DNA of 64,000 nucleotides. Source: Phormidium sp. (lineage in GTDB: Bacteria > Cyanobacteriota > Cyanobacteriia > Cyanobacteriales > Aerosakkonemataceae). Positions 1 to 9,353 of this stretch are shown in pieces. The position numbers were made by a program, and so were the translations under genes. The first letter of the stretch is position 1. The number at the start of each line of letters is the position of its first letter. The notes beneath the pieces are model-generated. The model ran no database searches and had not been told where the DNA came from. It was given only the letters and a program-made list of their open reading frames with translations. The stretch is from positions 96,001-160,000 of the forward strand of contig CP143273.1 of the NCBI GenBank assembly GCA_051013385.1, given 5' to 3'.

Positions 1-157
1 TATATTTGCGATCGCAAGGAGTCGCCCCCGCCGCAGAAATTCCCGGAATTAACCCAGTTTCCGTAAATCCCAGCACACAAGCAAACACAGGTTGACAACC
101 GCCATACCTTTGCAACCAAAGTTTTCCCTGTTCTTCTTGAGTGTAAATTTTAATCAT
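1..157 (-). CDS. cobT: Nicotinate-nucleotide--dimethylbenzimidazole phosphoribosyltransferase-like protein, 5' part (runs off window)
   Basis: Manual translation from ATG at 157: MIKIYTQEEQGKLWLQRYGGCQPVFACVLGFTETGLIPGISAAGATP; the ETGLIPGISAAG motif matches the cyanobacterial/archaeal CobT-like family. Confidence 0.8.
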   Translation of the reverse strand, partial: MIKIYTQEEQGKLWLQRYGGCQPVFACVLGFTETGLIPGISAAGATPCDRKY

Positions 158-195
158 AGTTTTCCGAAACGGGACTAGGGACCCAGGAGCTATCG

Positions 196-319
196 CAATA
201 CTGCTCGGTTAACGATTTTCCCCTTTGTAGGGGCGAAGCATTCGGGCAGAAAATCTAGGGTTTGAGTCATAAATTGTTGCCCGAATGCTTCGCCCCTACT
301 CAAAACCCGAGCGGTATTG
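196..319. mobile_element. 124-bp MITE with internal GTAG-type REP hairpin, copy 1
   Basis: Terminal inverted repeats CAATACTGCTCGG/CCGAGCGGTATTG; 10-bp direct repeat GGAGCTATCG at 186-195 and 320-329; near-identical inverted copy at 20299-20422. Confidence 0.9.
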
Positions 320-349
320 GGAGCTATCGGGAACACAGGGGAGAAGAAT

Positions 350-412
350 TCAAAACTTAAAACTCATAACTTTCTCCCTAACTCAAAACTCATAACTCAA
401 AACTCATAACTT
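350..412. repeat. Heptamer tandem repeats (AAAACTC/ATAACTC, STRR-like)
   Basis: Directly visible repeated heptamers. Confidence 0.8.
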
Positions 413-428
413 TCCCCAATCCCTGCAA

Positions 429-1133
429 CTACTCTTCATAATCCAAAATCACCTGTACCCAATGGGGAGGTTGGGGGATGGGGTTGCCCAAGCGTTGTAG
501 TAATATCCAGGAGGCGATATGGACGACGAAGAGGTAGACTAAGTTGCTGAGGAAGACCATTGCGATCGCAATCACGTTAATCAAAAATATACTTGGTTCG
601 ATTAATAATCCCAACTTAAGAAATACCCAATCTAAAAAATTTGTTACTTGAGTAATGCCATAAACCCAGAGATCTTCCCCTAAAAGCACCGAAAGCAGCC
701 AAAATCGGAAAAAGAAACCGATGCTGCCTAAGAGTGCGCCTAAAAAAATTGATATTCCCCAATTAGTTTTGCGCCGCCAACAAGCACCCAGCAGCACACC
801 CAACAACCCAAAGGGAATGAAAAACTGAATACTGCGAGGCGGTCCCATCAACACTGATAATAATAACCCAGAAACTAAAGCCGACATCCAAGCGGCTCTT
901 GCTCCCCAACGCAGGTAAACTAAAGCAATGGGAACTGGGAAAAAGATTCGCAGTACTGGACCCAAAGGAAAGTAAAAATTGACTAACCAAATTAAGCTGG
1001 CAGTACTAGCTAAAAATGCCGTTTCTACCAATGCTAACGGCGCAGTTGACTGCACTTGCGTTTGCGGTGGTGGAGTTGGAGAGTTAGATTTACCAGCATT
1101 TTCATCTGCGGGATCTCTTAAAGATTCACTCAT
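429..1133 (-). CDS. DUF2232-family membrane protein
   Basis: Hydrophobic protein with LVETAFLASTASLIWLVN motif; lies between the Crp-family gene and cobT. Confidence 0.8.
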   Translation of the reverse strand: MSESLRDPADENAGKSNSPTPPPQTQVQSTAPLALVETAFLASTASLIWLVNFYFPLGPVLRIFFPVPIALVYLRWGARAAWMSALVSGLLLSVLMGPPRSIQFFIPFGLLGVLLGACWRRKTNWGISIFLGALLGSIGFFFRFWLLSVLLGEDLWVYGITQVTNFLDWVFLKLGLLIEPSIFLINVIAIAMVFLSNLVYLFVVHIASWILLQRLGNPIPQPPHWVQVILDYEE

Positions 1134-1158
1134 GCAAATTGCCAAAAGGTAAGCAGGT

Positions 1159-1839
1159 TTAAACGATCGTTTTTTCTAAGGCATTAATGTCAGGAATTCT
1201 CAGAATATCCTGATCCCGCTTAATTAAGCCTTTCTTTTCGAGCTTCGTCAATACTCTGGTGACAGTTTCTCTTGCTAGTCCACTCAAGCTACTCAATTCT
1301 CGGTGTGGGAGGTTGGGAATTTCTACCCCTTCAGTAGTTTGTTTTCCCTGCCCATCTGCCAAGAATAGTATTGTGTCGGCTACTCGTGACATACTATCAG
1401 ACTCTCTTAACCGGAGTCGGCGATTGACTTGGCGCAAACGCCGCCCCATCAATTGTGCCAGACGAACTCCTGCCATTGGCTCGGAATAAATTAATTTGAC
1501 AAAATCCTGAGCTGGCATATTGCCAATTATTGTGGGAGCCAAGGTGATCACATCGGTGGAACGAGGCACTTCATCAAGTGCCGCCATTTCACCAAAGATT
1601 TCTCCTTTCCCCAAAATATTCAGGGTTACTTCTTTGCCTTCTAGATTGTACGTGCGAATTTTCACCCAACCTTCGAGAATGAAGTAAACTGAACTCCCCC
1701 AGTCATTTTCTAGCAAAATTACTTGGTTTGCTGGATGATTACGGGTAACAAGGTGGGCTGTAGCTTTTTCAACGGTACCTTCTGGTAATCCTTTGAAAAA
1801 AGGCGTTGAACGGATTAGATTATAGTTTCGGTCTTCCAT
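1159..1839 (-). CDS. Crp/Fnr family transcriptional regulator
   Basis: cNMP-binding domain (GEIFGEMA...PRS) and HTH (ELSSLSGLARETVTRVL). Confidence 0.92.
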   Translation of the reverse strand: MEDRNYNLIRSTPFFKGLPEGTVEKATAHLVTRNHPANQVILLENDWGSSVYFILEGWVKIRTYNLEGKEVTLNILGKGEIFGEMAALDEVPRSTDVITLAPTIIGNMPAQDFVKLIYSEPMAGVRLAQLMGRRLRQVNRRLRLRESDSMSRVADTILFLADGQGKQTTEGVEIPNLPHRELSSLSGLARETVTRVLTKLEKKGLIKRDQDILRIPDINALEKTIV

Positions 1840-2306
1840 CAGACCATTCTTTCACTAAGACTATGTTGAGTAAATAAACTAAAAATCAATAGGGGCTGAT
1901 TAGAGTTTGGTAGGCTGATAAGTTGGCATAGTATCAGATTTAGTAGGACTGCAAATCAATGATAACTAATTGACCGCAGTATCTTGGGGGAACAGGGTTC
2001 CTGAAGAACTATGGTGTAGTGTCTGAAACTGACACTCTCAGTACGATTGCAGCACTTTATAGAGATTATCACGAAAAACAACGAGATGGTTAGTTTTCTG
2101 GCGATCGCTCTTGGACTGGATACCAAGTATATTCTTGCATTTTTTGTAAATTTATGGTAAAGAAGAACAGGAAACCCCAAGAAATTTACCTAGCATCTTG
2201 ATTGTAACTAGTAAGTAAATTAAGATTAACAACGTGGAATTCCCGGATAGAAGCAAAGACTGAACTAACCTGTGGGGTCAATCTAAAATCTAAAATCTAA
2301 AATCGA

Positions 2307-3620
2307 ATGACGTTCCAAACAGCTAAAATCCAAGCACTGATTGCTGAGATTGATGCAGTACTTAGCAAAGATAGTAAATCCCGCTTTAGTTGGTTGGTGG
2401 GGGATGGGAATGCCGATCGCCAAATGTTGGCGCGAGTTCGCCAACAGCTGCAAAAATGGCAGGAACAATTAACCATAGTACAAGCTACGGGCGCGGAAAC
2501 TCAATTGGCAGAAATCGCCAGTTACCAAATTTGGGTCGAGCAAACTGACGCAGCAGGCGAGCGATCGCTATTATCGGAATCATTACAGACAGAAATTGCC
2601 TTATTGCAGCAACAAAGGCAAGAATTATTAAATGAAATTCGGCTGTTACAGCAACAACGCCAAGCATTAATTGAGCCAGAAGTATTAGTTTATCAACAAC
2701 AATTTATTACAGAATTCTCCCAAGAATTAATCAAAAGATTGCAGGAAACTGTCAATCAAAAATTGGCGGAAACTCTAGAGAAAATTCAAGCTGTTCAGTT
2801 GCTAAATGAAGATCTAGAAACCACCTGGCAGCAGGAAACAGAGTCGCCAAAACTGGAATTTATTGAATTAGAAACAACAGCAATCAATCCGCAATTGGAA
2901 TTGCTCGCAGCGTCAGTCAAACCACTACCTTATGCTGGTGTTGAGTTGACAACAGAAATTAGTACAGCATCAGTCGAAGCACTGCCTGATAATGCTGTGG
3001 AGTTGACAACAGAAATTAGTGAAAACCTGGAAAACGCAGATTTTATCATATCGCAATTAAAGCAGAACGATACAATTTCTGCCTTGACAGATTTAATAGA
3101 AGATGCAGCTGAAACTACGGCATCGCCAGAAGAAGATTTGCTGACAACTGACTTAGCAGTTACTAAACCAAAAGTAGACCTTTGGTTAGGAAATAATATT
3201 GTAGAACAGTTAAATGAAGACCTGTCTGAATTAGAAGAAGTTGAGCAACAGGAGGTTCTCCCGCCTGAAGGTGTTATAGAAAGTATTACATCTGGTACTG
3301 AGAGTATTGATTTAGATTTAAATGAAGACCTTTCGGAATTAGGAGGAGTTGAGCAACTGGAGGTTCTCCCACTAGAAGATATTATAGAAACTATTAGCGA
3401 TGCTACTGATAGTATCGATTTAGATTTGGCGGCTGCTGTGGAACAAGAACAAGAAAAAATAAATGCAGCCATTCCCGAACATATTTTGGCAGAGTTTGAA
3501 GACTTATTTGGTGATTCTAATAACAGTTCTATTGCGGTAATTAATGCTGAAGTGAAACCGGAAGAAACTCCAGAATTAGCAACTAACCAAGAATCTGTGG
3601 AGGCGGAAAAAAAAAACTAA
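2307..3620 (+). CDS. Hypothetical acidic coiled-coil protein
   Basis: 437-aa ORF, Q/E-rich coiled coil, internal 36-aa duplication. Confidence 0.7.
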   Translation: MTFQTAKIQALIAEIDAVLSKDSKSRFSWLVGDGNADRQMLARVRQQLQKWQEQLTIVQATGAETQLAEIASYQIWVEQTDAAGERSLLSESLQTEIALLQQQRQELLNEIRLLQQQRQALIEPEVLVYQQQFITEFSQELIKRLQETVNQKLAETLEKIQAVQLLNEDLETTWQQETESPKLEFIELETTAINPQLELLAASVKPLPYAGVELTTEISTASVEALPDNAVELTTEISENLENADFIISQLKQNDTISALTDLIEDAAETTASPEEDLLTTDLAVTKPKVDLWLGNNIVEQLNEDLSELEEVEQQEVLPPEGVIESITSGTESIDLDLNEDLSELGGVEQLEVLPLEDIIETISDATDSIDLDLAAAVEQEQEKINAAIPEHILAEFEDLFGDSNNSSIAVINAEVKPEETPELATNQESVEAEKKN

Positions 3621-3658
3621 AATCCAAGTCGCTGAATAAGAAAAAACGTAAAGGGAAA

Positions 3659-5599
3659 GTGAAAACTGAGCCGGAGATGTTAGCTGCAAATGCAGAAAAA
3701 TCTTTGAAAGAATCAGTTTCATTAAATCTGGCTCATCAAATAGAACAAAGATTAATTTCTCGTCCTACTCCTGCTTCTTTGTTGTCTTTGCGTCCTTTAC
3801 CTCCTTTACCTGCTGCTTTGGCTAGCGTTTGGTATTTAGGAATGGATATTGGTACGACAGGACTTGCTGCTGTGTTGTTCAACAAGTGTACTAAAAAAGT
3901 TTATCCGATTAGTTGGTTGGTTACAGAACAGACAGATTTATCAGAAAATTGTGCTTGCTTACCAATCAATTTTGCTGGGAAAGCATTACCAAAAAACTTT
4001 AAAAGTTATTTAAACGTTGCGTTACCTTATTACTCGGAGCAAACGGGAAAATCCGAACCTGTATTTAAGTACTCAAAACCTCAAGAAAGAGAGAGTTTAG
4101 CTTTAAAACAGGCAAATTATCCAGAAATTGCAGGGATTGAATTAAGGGAAATCATTTCAGAAATAACAGTGCTGTTGTCATATTTGAATCCTGACAAAAA
4201 CCGGAAAAATTTGCCGACCCAATCAAGTAATTTGGTTAATTGTAGCTTTGCTGAAGGGTTAGCAACAGAAGATTTGACAGTGGCGATCGCAGATTTGGCG
4301 GGAATTTTTGTAAGTTGTCCGGCTAATTGTTCAGAAGCTTATCGGTTTAATATTAGAGAAGGGATTTTAGCATCTGGGTTGGTGAATAATGGGGAGCAAA
4401 TTTGTTTTGTGGAGGAAGCGATCGCATCCCTCTTAACAGAACTACATTTTCATGAAAATAAGTTAACAACCACAGAAAATATTGCCGATATGACTACCAA
4501 ATATAACTCAGGAAATTACCCGCTTCGTTGGCAGGGAGAAACTGTAGTTATACATTCTGGAGCCAATACCACAGAACTCGCACTAGTTGACTTACCAGAA
4601 AAACTGCAATATTTAACTTACCAAGACTTTACCCTTCGCAGTTTTCCTTACGCAGGTAATCACCTCGATCAAGACATTGTTTGTCAATTACTTTTAAATG
4701 GAGAATCGGAAATCGAAAAACCCTTACCCGGTGAACCTGACTTATTAACTCGCCAGCAATTACAAATGCGCTTGTCAAGTAGCGAATCGGGAAAAACATT
4801 ATTGTCAGCAGCGAGTTATTTAAAAGTAACTTTACCACAAGAAGATAGTTTCACTTTCACTCTAGGAGAAGAAGATCGAGAAATCAGGAAACAAGATTTA
4901 CAAAAGCGTGTAATTACTCGTTTTGTCCAAAGCTTAAATCGAGAATTAAACACACTTTTAACCCAAGGTGGTAGTTCTGTCGAAGCAATAACCCAAATTA
5001 TTTGTACAGGTAAAACTACCATGCTTCCCGGTTTAACTACTTGGTTACGCCAAAAATTTCCTAATGCTAAAGTCATCCAAGAAGCCGAAATCAAATCTAC
5101 AATCAAACCAGAAAACCGGGTAGCTACAGGATTGGCTATTTTACCACTTTATGGACAACTTATAGACAATTCTCGACAGCAGTATAACGATTACTTCTTA
5201 CTTTTGGAACTTTTACGTACCTTTGGCGAAACACCACTTTCCATAGGGAAAATTATCAACTTATTGGAACGTAAAGGTATTAATATTCGTGCTTGTCAAC
5301 AAAGGTTATTTGCTTTTTTATCGGGTGAACTTCCCGCTGGTTTAGTTCCTACAGAATTAGATTCAGGTTTACTAACAGAAGCATCTTGGCAAAATCCAGA
5401 TTATCAAGCAATTAGAACCAAAAAATTGTTTTTAGATCTGGAAAATCAAACATATTCCCTAAATTCTGATTATGCTCAGCATTTACGAGATTATTTAACT
5501 GCGGTTTTAGCTCGGACTTACCAAAAATTAGAAGAACCATACACAATTTACTGGTTGGCAACCGTAGAAATGGCATTTTGCCATGATAAAGTGAGATAG
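3659..5599 (+). CDS. Hsp70/actin-like ATPase-fold protein, function unknown
   Basis: LGMDIGTT phosphate-1 motif, EEAIA, IHSGANTTELAL phosphate-2-like motif, AGNHLDQ. Confidence 0.65.
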   Translation: MKTEPEMLAANAEKSLKESVSLNLAHQIEQRLISRPTPASLLSLRPLPPLPAALASVWYLGMDIGTTGLAAVLFNKCTKKVYPISWLVTEQTDLSENCACLPINFAGKALPKNFKSYLNVALPYYSEQTGKSEPVFKYSKPQERESLALKQANYPEIAGIELREIISEITVLLSYLNPDKNRKNLPTQSSNLVNCSFAEGLATEDLTVAIADLAGIFVSCPANCSEAYRFNIREGILASGLVNNGEQICFVEEAIASLLTELHFHENKLTTTENIADMTTKYNSGNYPLRWQGETVVIHSGANTTELALVDLPEKLQYLTYQDFTLRSFPYAGNHLDQDIVCQLLLNGESEIEKPLPGEPDLLTRQQLQMRLSSSESGKTLLSAASYLKVTLPQEDSFTFTLGEEDREIRKQDLQKRVITRFVQSLNRELNTLLTQGGSSVEAITQIICTGKTTMLPGLTTWLRQKFPNAKVIQEAEIKSTIKPENRVATGLAILPLYGQLIDNSRQQYNDYFLLLELLRTFGETPLSIGKIINLLERKGINIRACQQRLFAFLSGELPAGLVPTELDSGLLTEASWQNPDYQAIRTKKLFLDLENQTYSLNSDYAQHLRDYLTAVLARTYQKLEEPYTIYWLATVEMAFCHDKVR

Positions 5600-5719
5600 A
5601 TTGAATATAAGATTTAGTGACTGATGATTTGGGCTTTTTCTTTATTTAACTCACTAAATAAATTATTTAATATTTAGTTAAATTGGCAAACTTACAACCT
5701 AGTACGACTACCGAAAATT

Positions 5720-7006
5720 GTGGCGAATCAACGAGGGGACAAATCTAGTAAAGAAAATCGTAATTGGCAAGGATCGATCGGTGCAAATTCTCTTAATCCT
5801 TCTATGAAAGGAAGTGATCTCCGGGGTGCGTACCTCAGAGGCGCTTACTTAAGGAAAGGCGAATTAAAAAAACTGGATTTGCGGGAAGTTTGCCTCAGTT
5901 TTGCCGATTTAATTGAGGCAAATTTGAGTGAGGCTTGTCTTACTTTAGCTAATTTAAGCGAAGCTTGTTTGAACTTATCTAATTTGAGGAGAGCAGTACT
6001 CACTGAAGCTAACTTATGGAAAGCAAACTTAGTTGGTGCTGACTTGCATCAGGCAGATTTACGGAGAGCTAATTTATACAAAGCGAACTTAGTGGGCGCT
6101 AATTTGGAAGAAGCTAATTTATGTGGCGCAAATTTATGTGACGCAGATTTAAGTAGCACAGATTTGCGGGGAGTAAAGTTACAAAATGCTGTCTATAATT
6201 TAGCAACTCATTACCCAGAAAGTTTTGATATGGCTAAAGCCGGAGCTTATTTAATTGGCCCTAATATGTTGCTACCACAGATTAATTTAAGTGGTGTCGA
6301 TCTCAGTGGTGCAGATTTGCGAGGCACAGATTTGCGAAGGGCAAATTTAAGAGAAACTAACTTGAGTAATGCTAATTTAGTTGCAGCTAATTTGAGTGGT
6401 GTAAATTTAAGTGGTGCTAATTTAACTGAGGCAGATTTACGAGAAGTGATTTTGAAAAAAGCAGTTTATACTCGGCGAACTCGTTTTTCGGAAGATGTTG
6501 CTCCTCTCAAGTTAGGTGCTTATTTGATTGCGCCTGATGTATCTTTAATAGAAGTGAATTTAAGTAATGTAGACCTTTGTGGTGCAGATTTGCGAAGTGC
6601 TGATTTAAGTCGTGCTAATCTAACAGGCGTAGAGATGAGGAGCGTAGACTTGAGTAAGGCAAACTTGCGAAAAGCCCAGTTAGAAACAGCGAAACTCCAA
6701 GATGCTGATTTGAAAGATGCGGATTTGACTAAAGCAAATTTGAAACAGGCTAATTTGAGTAATGCTGATTTGCGAAATGTGAATTTGACTAAGGCAGATT
6801 TACAAGGAGCAAATCTGACAGGTGCAGATTTACGGGGGGCGGATTTGACGGGAGTGTGCTTAAATCAGGCTAATCTAAGTAATGTGGATTTACGCAATGT
6901 AGATTTGACGAGGGCAGATTTGCAGGGGGCGAATTTGAGTGGTGTAGATTTTTCCCATGTAGATTGTACAGGGGTAATTTTAGATGAGGGAAGTGCGTTG
7001 GCGTAG
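5720..7006 (+). CDS. Pentapeptide repeat protein
   Basis: Extensive A(D/N)Lxx repeats. Confidence 0.92.
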   Translation: MANQRGDKSSKENRNWQGSIGANSLNPSMKGSDLRGAYLRGAYLRKGELKKLDLREVCLSFADLIEANLSEACLTLANLSEACLNLSNLRRAVLTEANLWKANLVGADLHQADLRRANLYKANLVGANLEEANLCGANLCDADLSSTDLRGVKLQNAVYNLATHYPESFDMAKAGAYLIGPNMLLPQINLSGVDLSGADLRGTDLRRANLRETNLSNANLVAANLSGVNLSGANLTEADLREVILKKAVYTRRTRFSEDVAPLKLGAYLIAPDVSLIEVNLSNVDLCGADLRSADLSRANLTGVEMRSVDLSKANLRKAQLETAKLQDADLKDADLTKANLKQANLSNADLRNVNLTKADLQGANLTGADLRGADLTGVCLNQANLSNVDLRNVDLTRADLQGANLSGVDFSHVDCTGVILDEGSALA

Positions 7007-7027
7007 CCTGCCAAGATTGCATATCGC
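6995..7027. repeat. Small dispersed repeat inserted in a HIP1 site (GCG^ATCGC), copy 1
   Basis: GCG + TTGGCGTAGCCTGCCAAGATTGCAT + ATCGC; related copy at 8094-8124. Confidence 0.7.
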
Positions 7028-7122
7028 AATTCTCCACCCCGACAAATTCTTTGTCGGACACACTCTTAAGAGGCAGTGAAATTTTAATATAGACTTAGCA
7101 ACCTAGTAGAGAATGAATATTT

Positions 7123-7359
7123 ATGAGTTCGCCAGAAATTTACAAAGGTTGGATTATTGAAGCTAGACCAGTTTTTTGCGTAGAAGTTTGGAACGCTGGT
7201 GGTAAATGCTTTATTCCCGTTCACAACGCCAAAAATGCCAAGGAAGCACTGAAAATGGCAAAGCGTTGGATTGATATGCAAATGGAAGATGAACAGCAAA
7301 ATTTAGAAATTAATGATGATATATCGCCAGATTTTGATGATGATGATATGCCGTTTTGA
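7123..7359 (+). CDS. Small hypothetical protein
   Basis: 78-aa ORF with ATG start and acidic tail. Confidence 0.55.
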   Translation: MSSPEIYKGWIIEARPVFCVEVWNAGGKCFIPVHNAKNAKEALKMAKRWIDMQMEDEQQNLEINDDISPDFDDDDMPF

Positions 7360-7494
7360 GGGTAGTTGGTAATTGGTAGTTGGTGTTGATTTGCGATTGA
7401 ATAATCAGCGATTTTAGAGGTGCTGGTTATAAAGTTTGTTATTTTAGGAAATGTGCGATCGCACTAAAATTTCCTAACAAATCTCAAAGGGCAA

Positions 7495-7701
7495 CTATTG
7501 ACCCCGCCCTGGGAAGCAGTCTGCAAAACCCAATGCTTCGGAATCAAGAAAGCTGACTATTGCCATTTCCACAACAGTTTCGATCGGGTATTCAATTTCA
7601 GCGGCGCGTGCAACTAGAGCAAGACGGATTCGTTCGGGTAGGCGATCGAGGATAGCTTGAGCGTCAGCAGCAGATAGTTTTTCTAAGCTATTAGTTTGCA
7701 T
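7495..7701 (-). CDS. Small hypothetical protein
   Basis: 68-aa ORF with plausible composition; function not recognised. Confidence 0.6.
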   Translation of the reverse strand: MQTNSLEKLSAADAQAILDRLPERIRLALVARAAEIEYPIETVVEMAIVSFLDSEALGFADCFPGRGQ

Positions 7702-7748
7702 GGATCTAATTCTCTGGAGGAATTTGGACGTTGACGCAAGTGGTGATT

Positions 7749-7850
7749 CTATCTTAAAAGATCAATAATCAAATCACAGGCGACTTGGCTAAGGGCAGGA
7801 TTATTGAGTACAAACCAGAGAAATGCCTGAGTATCAAGTAGAAATTTCAT
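7749..7850 (-). pseudogene. Truncated VapC/PIN toxin
   Basis: Manual translation MKFLLDTQAFLWFVLNNPALSQVACDLIIDLLR*; LLDT PIN N-terminus, start overlaps the antitoxin stop (ATGA), ends after 33 aa. Confidence 0.75.
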
Positions 7851-8077
7851 GGCATATAGTCTCGAAAGTCTTGCAAGTGAGTTTCGTCTTCCGAGACAAT
7901 GGTAAGGGTTCCGATCGCACTACCAGGCTGGCGAGGCTTGCGGAGTGGTTTAAGTTCGCCAATCAGTCTGGCGACGGTAAGATGCCCCGAAAAAATTTCT
8001 ACTTCTTCACCAGGTTTTAGACTGGCAATCAGTTCGGGTAAACGAAGTTGAGCTTCTGTTAACGTAATTCTTGTCAT
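7847..8077 (-). CDS. Phd/YefM-like antitoxin
   Basis: ITLTEAQLRLPELI...GEEVEI N-terminus, RQPGSAIG motif, F..Y C-terminus; coupled to the PIN fragment. Confidence 0.8.
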   Translation of the reverse strand: MTRITLTEAQLRLPELIASLKPGEEVEIFSGHLTVARLIGELKPLRKPRQPGSAIGTLTIVSEDETHLQDFRDYMP

Positions 8078-8093
8078 TGTTTTGTGCTTTTAT

Positions 8094-8124
8094 GCGTTGG
8101 CGTAGCCTGCCGGAGGCATATCGC
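8094..8124. repeat. Small dispersed repeat inserted in a HIP1 site, copy 2
   Basis: GCG + TTGGCGTAGCCTGCCGGAGGCAT + ATCGC. Confidence 0.7.
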
Positions 8125-8274
8125 TGTTGCTTAATTTTACAGGCAACGTCTGGCGAGACTTCAAGGTAAAGGTAAAGGTCAAGCAGCAGAAACTGTTAAT
8201 GGTAAGGGCAGAAAATAGCAGTAGAACTTAAAAGTTTTTTAGGTATTTCATTATCTCTTAAAATTGTAGAGTAA

Positions 8275-8541
8275 ATGACCCCAAGCACAATTCCTATGAG
8301 CGTCTTAATCCCTGATGACATTCTCCAAGCCACAAAAATGACGGAGGATGAATTAAAACTAGAGATCGCTATTATGCTGTACAAGCAAGAAAAAATTAGT
8401 AGTGGCAAAGCTCGTGCTTGGACTGGTCTGACTGTAATTGAATTCCAACACGAACTCGCCCAGCGCGATCTTTGCATTAACTACGATGTGGAGGATTTTC
8501 AGGCGGATGTTAAAACATTGCAGTCGATGGGGCTATTGTGA
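8275..8541 (+). CDS. UPF0175-family putative antitoxin
   Basis: ELKLEIAIMLYKQEKISSGKA motif; overlaps the downstream PIN gene (GTGA). Confidence 0.85.
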   Translation: MTPSTIPMSVLIPDDILQATKMTEDELKLEIAIMLYKQEKISSGKARAWTGLTVIEFQHELAQRDLCINYDVEDFQADVKTLQSMGLL

Positions 8542-9032
8542 TTGTTGTTAGCGATACATCACCGATTACGAATCTGGCGGCGATCGGTCAGCTAGATTTG
8601 CTACAAAGACTGTATACCTGCATCATTATTCCCATAGCTGTTTACAACGAGATGGTAACTGTCGGTAAACCTGTTCCTGGTGCTATAGAGGTGCAAACTT
8701 TACCCTGGATTCAAACTCAGGTAGTTGCCGATCGACAACGAGCGATCGCAATTCGGGAAAGTCAAGAAAACATTGATTTAGGTGAAGCTGAAGCAATTGC
8801 CCTAGCACTGGAACTCAAAGCTGATTTACTTCTGATAGATGAACGTCGAGGGCGCATAGTAGCAACAAACTATGGTTTACAGGTCACTGGATTATTGGGG
8901 GTGCTTGTGCAAGCGAAGCGAAACAATTTAATTCAAAGGATTAAACCAGTGCTAGATCAATTGATTGAACAGGCTGATTTTCGTGTTAGTAGCCAGTTGT
9001 ATTCCACAATTCTACAAATTGCAGGTGAGTGA
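8538..9032 (+). CDS. DUF3368 PIN-domain protein (putative toxin)
   Basis: VVSDTSPI, DLGEAEAIALA, LLIDERRGR motifs. Confidence 0.88.
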   Translation: MIVVSDTSPITNLAAIGQLDLLQRLYTCIIIPIAVYNEMVTVGKPVPGAIEVQTLPWIQTQVVADRQRAIAIRESQENIDLGEAEAIALALELKADLLLIDERRGRIVATNYGLQVTGLLGVLVQAKRNNLIQRIKPVLDQLIEQADFRVSSQLYSTILQIAGE

Positions 9033-9353
9033 CTTTGGAAAAACTATAGGCTGTATCGATCGCATTCTCCAATTCAATTAGCGCGATCGTACTAACAAAA
9101 ATTAGCTATACCTTAAAAGAATAATCTAGATTTTTTTTATATCTAGCGCTTTTTGGTATTTTTCCATATTGCTTTGGTCAAGATACAAATTAGCAGCTTT
9201 CTGTAAATCTTCAATTGCACCTATTTTGTTACAATTGGCAGAAAGACCAATACTTCTTGTTATTTTAGGAAATGTACGATCGCTTACCAATTATGCAAAT
9301 ACCATGATTAAATGTAAATAAATTGTTCGCATCTGAAACTAGAATCAAATTAT

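Noticed and set aside
2930..3472. 180-aa minus-strand ORF and similar antisense ORFs (e.g. 63193-63504, 43233-43466)
   Set aside because: Shadow frames of well-supported genes on the opposite strand
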